From positions 1 to 63,804 of the forward strand of contig JAYEFR010000095.1 of the NCBI GenBank assembly GCA_034716155.1: a stretch of 63,804 bases of DNA, written 5' to 3'. Shown here one piece after another: positions 57,377 to 63,804 of the stretch. The translations under genes were made by a program, and so were the position numbers. Source of the DNA: Thermodesulfobacteriota bacterium (lineage in GTDB: Bacteria; Desulfobacterota; Desulfomonilia; UBA1062). The first letter of the stretch is position 1. Each line of letters starts with the position of its first letter. A model generated the notes under the pieces. It was given only the letters and a program-made list of their open reading frames with translations, did no database searches and had not been told where the DNA came from.

Positions 57377-57407
57377 GGCCGGAAGAAAGCCTTCCGGCCT
57401 TTTCTTT
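57377..57407. terminator. bidirectional intrinsic terminator
   Basis: The stem is GGCCGGAAG-aaagc-CTTCCGGCC (9 bp). It is flanked by AAAA on the left and TTTTCTTT on the right, between convergent genes. Confidence 0.8.
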
Positions 57408-57423
57408 AGACATATAATCCTTA

Positions 57424-58884
57424 TTATTCCTCTCTTTTCTTCCTGAATTTGTAATACCTATACATTTCTCCCACTGCATGACATGTCATTTCGATATTAT
57501 CGCAGATTGCCATTGGCTTATCTCCCTGCTTTTCAGCAAGGCGTACCCCTTCCTGATCGGTTATGTTCATGACAGAATAGATTGGTACATTGTAATCATG
57601 GCTTAAATTACGAAGTTTTTTTGAGAAGACAGGGTAATTTTCAATGATGAGCTTTTTCCAATCAGGAATCTCAACCCCTCCTGTATTTTCCGTAAGGGTG
57701 GCATCCCAGCTTGATTGTGGTGGAACAATAAACAGTAACATAAGAGAATCAATCTCTTCACTTTTGATAAGGATTTCCATGATTGGCATGAGAGCTGCCG
57801 GGTTAAGCCCGGCTACCAGATCAACAGGGTTTCCGGGCACCCACCAATCCGGCAAGAGCTTTTTTAGCTTATCCAGGGTTTTATCCGACAACTTCACTAT
57901 TTTAAGGCCTTCTTCATAGCATCCGTCCGATGCAATCACCCCTAGTCCACCTCCGCCTGTGAGGATTGCAGTCCTGTTTCCCCTTGGGAGGGGTCTGCCC
58001 ACAAATGATGCGGCAAGGAAGCCTCCTTCATCAATTGTTCTGGCCTGTATAATGCCATACTGTCTGCACATTGCCGAGAAGAGATCATCGCTGACTGCCA
58101 TTGCCCCTGTATGCGAGCTTGCAGCTGATGCCCCAAAATGAGTGCGTCCCCCCTTGAGCACTACAATAGGTTTTTTAGGGGTAATGTTTTCGATGCGTTC
58201 TTTGAAACGCGTCCCATCTACCATGCCTTCAATATATGACATGATGACATCTATGCCCGGATCATCGGTAAAATACTGGAAAAAATCTTCAATCTTCATG
58301 TCTGCTTCGTTGCCTGAAGAAACGGCCTTTGCAATCCCCATCCCTGATTTCACCACTCCGTCAATAAGCATGTTCATAACATTGCCGCTTTGAGATGCCA
58401 CAGCTACTGTGCCAGGGCGTGGATAAAATTGAGCCATCCAGGGAAAGAGCCTTTCACTGACACAGCATAGACCCTGTCCATTTGGCCCTGCCAGTACCAT
58501 ATTGCCTGCCCTTGCCTTTGCAACCAGTTCAGTCTCAAGGTCTACATTTTCCCCGCCCGTTTCCTTGAAACCCGCGCTTATAACAAGACCAGCCTTTACA
58601 CCTTTAGCCACGCATTCTTCAATTGATGCTATCACATGCCTGGCAGGCACGGTAAATACAGCCAGGTCTATTTCATCCGGGATATCCTTTACAGAAGGGT
58701 AGGCCTTTATTCCAAGCACATTTTCACGTCCAGGGTTTACAGGGTAGAGTCTCCCTTTCCATCCGCCGCGAAGTAGATTATTAAAGATAATAAAACCCCA
58801 CTTCCCCATTGTTTCAGTGGCGCCAACAAAGGCTATTGAACCGGGGTGGAACAGGTATTTCAGGTTTTCATATCTTGTATCCAT
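57424..58884 (-). CDS. acetyl-CoA synthetase (ADP-forming) alpha-type / CoA-binding succinyl-CoA-synthetase-like protein
   Basis: 486 aa with FHPGSIAFVGA, the CoA-binding VNP.......G..AYPSV.DIP..IDLAVF motif, and later ligase-CoA/flavodoxin-like domains. No ATP-grasp partner is adjacent. Confidence 0.75.
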   Translation of the reverse strand: MDTRYENLKYLFHPGSIAFVGATETMGKWGFIIFNNLLRGGWKGRLYPVNPGRENVLGIKAYPSVKDIPDEIDLAVFTVPARHVIASIEECVAKGVKAGLVISAGFKETGGENVDLETELVAKARAGNMVLAGPNGQGLCCVSERLFPWMAQFYPRPGTVAVASQSGNVMNMLIDGVVKSGMGIAKAVSSGNEADMKIEDFFQYFTDDPGIDVIMSYIEGMVDGTRFKERIENITPKKPIVVLKGGRTHFGASAASSHTGAMAVSDDLFSAMCRQYGIIQARTIDEGGFLAASFVGRPLPRGNRTAILTGGGGLGVIASDGCYEEGLKIVKLSDKTLDKLKKLLPDWWVPGNPVDLVAGLNPAALMPIMEILIKSEEIDSLMLLFIVPPQSSWDATLTENTGGVEIPDWKKLIIENYPVFSKKLRNLSHDYNVPIYSVMNITDQEGVRLAEKQGDKPMAICDNIEMTCHAVGEMYRYYKFRKKREE

Positions 58885-58970
58885 ATTTTCCTCACAATCA
58901 GTGCATCAGCACAGTTTAATATGGTTTCTTGAAGAAAGTATTAATAAGAACTTTGTTTCTTCGTTGAAAA

Positions 58971-58999
58971 CGTATAGTAAAATTGCCTTTCTGTGTCAA
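58971..58999 (-). promoter_or_regulatory. candidate sigma-70 promoter
   Basis: The minus strand reads TTGACA, a 17-nt spacer, then TATACG, about 90 nt upstream of the ATG at 58884. Confidence 0.4.
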
Positions 59000-59000
59000 T

Positions 59001-59157
59001 GAGTATAAACCTGTAAATCTGCACGCCTGCCGGACACAGTCAAGAATGAAAAAGTATCCAGAATGCTTCCGATTGGATAAAAATATTTTCTCTGCGAGCT
59101 CTGCGGCCTCTGTGGTAAACCATAAATCCAAACAAATGCCGGTGACCATTTTCATAT
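59001..59157 (+). repeat. mosaic repeat, shortened third copy of the composite element
   Basis: GAGTATAAACC...ACAGTCAAGAATGAAAAAGTATCCAGAATGC is followed by ATTTTCTCTGCGAGCTCTGCGGCCTCTGTGGTAAACCATAAATCCAAACAAATGCCGGTGACCATTTTCATAT. It abuts the stop of the RDD gene. Confidence 0.75.
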
Positions 59158-59649
59158 TTAGGGCATAAGCGCCTGATTGGCTATTCCCTTTTTGTCTTTT
59201 GAACTTTGTTTCTTTGGCCGGATAACGACTGTCTTGGCAATCTTGTCATGCCAACCCTGTTTGCGGGCATCAAAGGCAACCCATATGATGCCAAGACCAA
59301 GCGGGATAGTGGATATATAGTAGCCCAGGTAGCGGATAATTAGCTGGGTGGTAGTGGGTTTTCCCCCTGTTCTGGCATCTACAATCTTAGCCGAGATAGA
59401 CATCTTGCCCGGTGTCGCCGATTTATAATACCAAAAGACAATGATCGCAATTGCGGGGAATACCCAGGTAAGCACAAAATCCATTGGGCCGGATATGAAA
59501 TTATGGGCGCTTAGATATTTTTGGCCGTAAATCTTGAAAAGGACTGGCCACGTGATAACGACGACCAAAACAGAATCGATAATTGCCGCACCGACACGCG
59601 CCCAAAACCCTACGTACTCAAAATCTGAATTCTCTTTTTGTTCTTCCAT
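59158..59649 (-). CDS. RDD family membrane protein
   Basis: 163 aa with YVGFWARVGAAIIDSVL (the R..D..D start of the RDD domain) and three TM helices. Confidence 0.78.
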   Translation of the reverse strand: MEEQKENSDFEYVGFWARVGAAIIDSVLVVVITWPVLFKIYGQKYLSAHNFISGPMDFVLTWVFPAIAIIVFWYYKSATPGKMSISAKIVDARTGGKPTTTQLIIRYLGYYISTIPLGLGIIWVAFDARKQGWHDKIAKTVVIRPKKQSSKDKKGIANQALMP

Positions 59650-59853
59650 TCTGTCTTACAAAAAAGGATAAAGTCTTGTTATACTAATCCACCTGTTTCA
59701 CTAGCATCAATGTTCATACCTTGCAATATTTTTCGGCGGGAGACGATTGTGACCAATATCATTCCCCTTGATAAGATAGTCTCAGATGGTTTCGAGATGC
59801 TGGCAAATCACAAGGATAAAGAAATCAAGATCCTGGTTAAGCCCTGATTCCCT

Positions 59854-60555
59854 TTACTTGTTTTTATCCATTTTTTCGCGGATGAATTTAAAACCAGGTG
59901 TCAAATTTTCATTTAAATCCATATTGATCATAAATTTCATTGGATAACCCATATTCATTTTGCCGCCTGTTTTAAAGATGTTGTCCATAACATAAAATAA
60001 TAAAGATGAAGGCATCCCTATTCCTATCTCATGTTCTGAGATGCCTGCAAACGACCGGTCTCCCATACCGGGTATAACAATCTGAGGCCTCTGTGTTATG
60101 AATGGGATAAGGCCTCCTTTCATACATGACTTTCCAAAGCCCTCGAAAGAGGAGTTGGGGACATGCTTGAATTCATAACTCAGGGCGTGAATGATATGAG
60201 TTAATTGAAACCCGTCGCCGTATACCAGTACTGAATCCGGTATAAAGCCTGTCTCTGTTAATGGCGAACAGATAAGCCCGCAGTATTCCCGTAGATTTTT
60301 GATGTCATAATCGCCCAATAGCTCAAACGCGGCCTCGATTCCCTTCTTTTCGGCCTCAATGTCTTTGTGCCACCCCTGACGAGCCTGGCTTTCGATCAAA
60401 TCTTCTATGGCAATGTCTTCCCACCTGTGGAATCCAGTGGATGGTGTGCAGAAATTATCCTCTGATGTCATGGCAACACTTGTGCCCCGGCGACGTGCAT
60501 AGGTAAAGGCCTGGCAAAGAGCCATTTTCTTTCCAAATGTTGATGGCCTCATCAC
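59854..60555 (-). CDS. DUF169 domain protein (N-terminus possibly frameshifted)
   Basis: 233 aa with the pattern IPEGV....F.KKMALCQAFTYARRRG, as I recall it for DUF169. A strong AGGAGG-ATG at 60604 opens a different frame that stops after 10 codons; see findings. Confidence 0.55.
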   Translation of the reverse strand: MMRPSTFGKKMALCQAFTYARRRGTSVAMTSEDNFCTPSTGFHRWEDIAIEDLIESQARQGWHKDIEAEKKGIEAAFELLGDYDIKNLREYCGLICSPLTETGFIPDSVLVYGDGFQLTHIIHALSYEFKHVPNSSFEGFGKSCMKGGLIPFITQRPQIVIPGMGDRSFAGISEHEIGIGMPSSLLFYVMDNIFKTGGKMNMGYPMKFMINMDLNENLTPGFKFIREKMDKNK

Positions 60556-61001
60556 CCCTTCAGGGATCTCTTCAGCACTTTTTATACTCTTGGATCTGTT
60601 TCATAACCGCCTCCTTTTTTTGCCAGCCATATAGCAATTACTATTGCAGACTTATATTTATGAAGATATTAATTAAAACATAAATTCATTAGGTTTTCAT
60701 GTATAACTTTATGGACATCCTCCTAACCTGCTCATGCATAGAGACATCTGCATAATTATTTGATCCGTCTCTGCGAGTCTTTGATCCACCACAGAAGTGA
60801 GGTATTATATCCTAAATGAATTTCAGGCTGTCATTGCGAGGAGGCCAAAGGGCGACGAAGCAATCTCAAGGGATAGGAATGCCTGATCCATTCAGAGAGG
60901 AGATTTATGGGCTTTAATTTGTTTTATTCGTCTCGTCCGCCCGCATACCACTAATCATATATCACAGGTGTGTTGCACTTAATGGTTGAATCCAGGTACA
61001 C

Positions 61002-61379
61002 CTATAAAAGTTTTTCGGAGCCTGAATAGACCTCTTCTACTTTCAATACTGCTGCAGCATGACCTGGATGCTGTTTTGGATTCCATTTTTTCATATCCTC
61101 AAAAATATCACCTTCTTTGTGGTATTCGATAGACCCTTTAACTTGAAAAGCCTCGTCTTTATTAGTAATAAAAAGGATAGAACCCTTGCTTCCTGCGAGA
61201 ATATTTTTCCGTGTTTTGTCAAAAAAATTATCCGCGATCACTATTGTATCTTCATTGAATTTATTCACACATGTAGCATAGATAACATTTGGAACTCCAT
61301 TTTCATCTACAGTGGCAAATATGATGGGTACTTTTCGCTCATCCCATGCTTTACTTACTTTTTCTGGTAATACCGGCAT
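61002..61379 (-). CDS. pyridoxamine 5'-phosphate oxidase-like FMN-binding split-barrel protein
   Basis: 125 aa with the PNPOx-like pattern IIFATVDENGVPNVIYA......DTIVIADNFF.KTRKNI......SILF. Confidence 0.7.
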   Translation of the reverse strand: MPVLPEKVSKAWDERKVPIIFATVDENGVPNVIYATCVNKFNEDTIVIADNFFDKTRKNILAGSKGSILFITNKDEAFQVKGSIEYHKEGDIFEDMKKWNPKQHPGHAAAVLKVEEVYSGSEKLL

Positions 61380-61581
61380 TTTTCCTCCTTTGGTATAACG
61401 TTGTGCGTCAGTCGTACGGCCTTAGACGCGTCGGCTGGACGCAATGGTGTACGCCCGGCATGGGCGTGAACGTATGGGGTGAAAGCCCCCTATACGGTAA
61501 GCCCTGCTAAAGTTTTAATAATTTAGCAGAAGTATTAGCCGAAGGCAATGGGGAGTTGCGGGGGACCCCCCCGGGCTAACC

Positions 61582-61629
61582 GATTAGGGCAGTCTTTCAT
61601 TTTGTCCAATCCAATGTCAAGGGCTGACC
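61582..61629 (+). repeat. ~45-nt direct repeat, copy 1
   Basis: GATTAGGGCAGTCTTTCATTTTGTCCAATCCAATGTCAAGGGCTGACC. Confidence 0.65.
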
Positions 61630-61649
61630 ATATTTTTCCTACAGATTAT

Positions 61650-62090
61650 TCAAACAGTAGAAACTATAGCCCCTATCATCAGCAGCACAGCACCCAAAAT
61701 CTTTTTTAAGGTGATCGGATCTTTTGGGGATTCCAATACTCCGAGATGACTTATAATAATTGCAGCTATTATTTGGCCGGTTATTGTAAGTATAAAGAAC
61801 TTTCTTGCTCCGAGTTTTGGAATAAGAAAGGTTATCCCAAGAACCGCAAATGCACTTACAACTCCGGTTAAAAACAGATAAGGAGGGACATTTTTGATCT
61901 TGCAAATTGCCCCAAAGTTTCCAGAGATCGCAAATATCAAAATCGATGTTACAAGTGCCAACAAGAAGAATGTGATGTTTGCGGTTATCACAGACCCCAA
62001 ATATCTTGATACAGAGCTATTCATCGGCAGGTATATCGAGAATACAACCCCCATAAGTAGAGCAAGTAAGACGTATAATGATGTCTGCAT
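61650..62090 (-). CDS. DMT-superfamily DUF606 (YdcZ-like) transporter
   Basis: 146 aa with five TM helices. The N-terminus LALLMGVVFSIYLPMNSSVSRYLGS fits YdcZ/DUF606. Confidence 0.7.
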   Translation of the reverse strand: MQTSLYVLLALLMGVVFSIYLPMNSSVSRYLGSVITANITFFLLALVTSILIFAISGNFGAICKIKNVPPYLFLTGVVSAFAVLGITFLIPKLGARKFFILTITGQIIAAIIISHLGVLESPKDPITLKKILGAVLLMIGAIVSTV

Positions 62091-62207
62091 AAAACCCCCT
62101 TTTCTTGTGGTTTATTATCTTTAAAATCCGATTAACAAATTTCAAATATCCCTACACAAATATGGTTATCGTGTCTTAAATTGTGTTAGTAGTCCGCTGC
62201 AGGGAAT

Positions 62208-62250
62208 GATTAGCCGAGTATCTATCTTTGTCCAATGTCAAGGGCTGACC
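62208..62250 (+). repeat. ~45-nt direct repeat, copy 2
   Basis: GATTAGCCGAGTATCTATCTTTGTCCAATGTCAAGGGCTGACC has the same orientation as copy 1 and lies on the other side of the DUF606 gene. Confidence 0.65.
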
Positions 62251-62336
62251 CTGTTTCCCCACATTTATCATCAGGCCAGCCCGGCCGTAGTCAATTTTGA
62301 TCTTCATAACCGCCTTTAATAGCTATATCTCTATGT

Positions 62337-63804
62337 TCAGATATTCACCGGGACAGGGGCGATTACAGACGAAGAGGTAAACATCCATGCCACCAGCAGG
62401 GCATTTAAGATCGCAGCGGTGCAGATGTTGCCGGTCAGCCGGTAGAACCAGGTTGAAATTGATATTGCCATGAGAAGTACGATGATGATGTGCACAAGGT
62501 TAATTATAAAACCTACCAGCGATGCCCCGGGGCCTACAAATGGAATAAATCCCGTGGTGAAGAGAGGGATATATTGGATCGCCAGCAATATGAATAAAGG
62601 AATAAGCATTGCAGGAATGTTATATAGCAGATCGTTGGCAAAGGTCTTCATAAATACCCCTTTTTCCGGCTGTCTCAGCTGTCCGTGCAGGAGGATGCCC
62701 ATCTGGATAAATCCGATCAGCAGTAAAGGAGAATATTCCAGGAACATCAAAAATCTGTATGGGGTGAAGTTACTGGCAAAGGGGAAGATAAACCTGAAGT
62801 CAACGATGAAGATTGCCTCCAGGATGTGTTCCAGTACACAGGCATATGCGAATAGCAGGATGCCAAAAAGGATGGTCTTGCCTGCCTTTGTCCTGTTGAA
62901 TCTAAACCTTTTCTCATCGCTTGATATGCCCAGGTCAGTCAGGGTTAGGTTATCTTTTGAAGCTCCTTTTTTAAACCAGGATTTAAAGATGAAGAATCCG
63001 ATCAGATTTGTAATCACAAACCAGAACACTATACCATTGACCATCATCATTGGAAATACCTTGTCAATTCTTACAACGAATATATGGAAAGCGAACAGGA
63101 TCAGGATTATCGGGAGGTAGAAGAGCATCAAAACCCCGTTGATGCCGGCGAATTTGAAATAGTTTTTGGGGCTGCAAATGTATGTGCGCTTCATGCCCGT
63201 TGCCTGGAGCGGTTTGAAAAATCCTGCGCCGAGCAGGATCAGGCCCAGGGGCAGAATGGATGCAAAGCAGGCCAGCATGGCGATAAAACATGCCCATTCT
63301 TTTATAGGCCATATCTGTTTGTCTGGCGAAATCCAGTACCTGGTGTCGGGCTTTAGCGCTTGGCGCATCCATTCTAATGCCTCGGCTATTGCCTCACGGC
63401 TGAATGACTCCTTTACGTGGGTAGTATGGGGCATGAACACCCTGCGGGCAGTGCCATCAGCAAAATTGCCATAGGTGACACCAAACTGAGGATTAGGGTG
63501 ATCAATTACCTTTCTGGTACGCTCAGATGTCATCCATTCGCTTTCAAAGTCTTTAGTATTGGTCATACGTTTGCGATATTCATCCCATTTGCCTAAGATC
63601 ATCAGCATATTTTTTGGGTTGTCAAAGGTGGCCTCCTCGGTGTAGCCAAACCCGGAAAATGCTATGGCCTTAAGACCTGGATCCTTTAAGGCCACGGTAT
63701 AGCACATCTCAGAGCCCAGGCTGTGACCCATCAGCCCGGTGTAACTGGCATTCACATATGGGAGCGCACGCAGATATTTCAGCGAGGAGAGGGTACCATA
63801 GGTG
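62337..63804 (-). CDS. alpha/beta-hydrolase domain fused to a polytopic membrane domain (N-terminus outside the window)
   Basis: The frame stays open to the window edge (...LKYLRALPYVNASYTGLMGHSLGSEM). A GHSLG nucleophile elbow is followed by about 8-10 hydrophobic helices over ~330 aa. Confidence 0.6.
   Translation of the reverse strand, partial: TYGTLSSLKYLRALPYVNASYTGLMGHSLGSEMCYTVALKDPGLKAIAFSGFGYTEEATFDNPKNMLMILGKWDEYRKRMTNTKDFESEWMTSERTRKVIDHPNPQFGVTYGNFADGTARRVFMPHTTHVKESFSREAIAEALEWMRQALKPDTRYWISPDKQIWPIKEWACFIAMLACFASILPLGLILLGAGFFKPLQATGMKRTYICSPKNYFKFAGINGVLMLFYLPIILILFAFHIFVVRIDKVFPMMMVNGIVFWFVITNLIGFFIFKSWFKKGASKDNLTLTDLGISSDEKRFRFNRTKAGKTILFGILLFAYACVLEHILEAIFIVDFRFIFPFASNFTPYRFLMFLEYSPLLLIGFIQMGILLHGQLRQPEKGVFMKTFANDLLYNIPAMLIPLFILLAIQYIPLFTTGFIPFVGPGASLVGFIINLVHIIIVLLMAISISTWFYRLTGNICTAAILNALLVAWMFTSSSVIAPVPVNI

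Noticed and set aside
61403-61530. A complete (ORF-less) group II intron.
   Set aside because: Only about 130 nt separate the GTGCG from the domain-5/6-like hairpins. There is no room for domains 1-4, and the catalytic triad is mutated. I kept it only as a possible relic or unrelated structured RNA; see findings.
62179-62307. 43-codon minus-strand ORF (MKIKIDYGRAGLMINVGKQG...), and a 13-nt match of its start region (AGGCGGTTATGAA) to the DUF169 start region at 60600-60612.
   Set aside because: Its 3' two-thirds are the dispersed 45-nt repeat. By rough estimate, tens of 13-mer matches are expected by chance in 64 kb on both strands. The N-terminal resemblance to LarA/DUF2088-type starts is too short to support a call.

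Overview
This 63.8-kb window is mostly a housekeeping chromosome from an AT-leaning genome that uses sigma-54 heavily. I cannot name the taxon. The gene order (DUF177-rpmF-fabD-fabG-acpP-fabF-rpiB-glyA-nrdR-ribD-ribE-ribBA-ribH-nusB-trkAH, plus pilB-pilT-pilC) resembles what I recall from Desulfuromonadales-like deltaproteobacteria. I support about 60 protein genes and two tRNAs (Glu-UUC, Lys-UUU). There is no rRNA, CRISPR array, transposase, integrase, or recognisable defence or toxin system. Four things stand out beyond the ordinary genes. (1) At 49.9-57.4 kb there is a sigma-54-wired membrane locus. A Cache/PAS histidine kinase and an NtrC-type regulator sit divergent from a consensus -24/-12 promoter. 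That promoter drives an orphan Na+-type ATP-synthase c-subunit with an N-terminal signal-like extension, followed by a Cache protein with no output domain. Downstream of the regulator, a second weaker -24/-12 motif precedes two tiny membrane proteins, one of them AtpZ/gene-1-like. (2) A mosaic intergenic repeat family ends in TTTTCATATAAAC / GTTTATATGAAAA and occupies at least 12 intergenic loci. Two ~300-nt copies lie in inverted orientation and bracket a compositionally patchy 5-kb accessory segment that contains an internally deleted sugar-transporter pseudogene. (3) A higher-GC operon has a good sigma-54 promoter, a Cys-rich leader gene, a 3-hydroxyacyl-CoA dehydrogenase and two different family-I CoA-transferases. 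It is convergent with a second PAS kinase/NtrC pair. (4) Several small non-coding candidates are present: an ~80-nt promoter-to-terminator sRNA candidate carrying CCUCC motifs, a MITE-like element with 12-bp terminal inverted repeats, and a GC-rich structured spacer with a group-II-intron domain-5-like hairpin. All family calls rest on motif recognition by eye, because no searches could be run.
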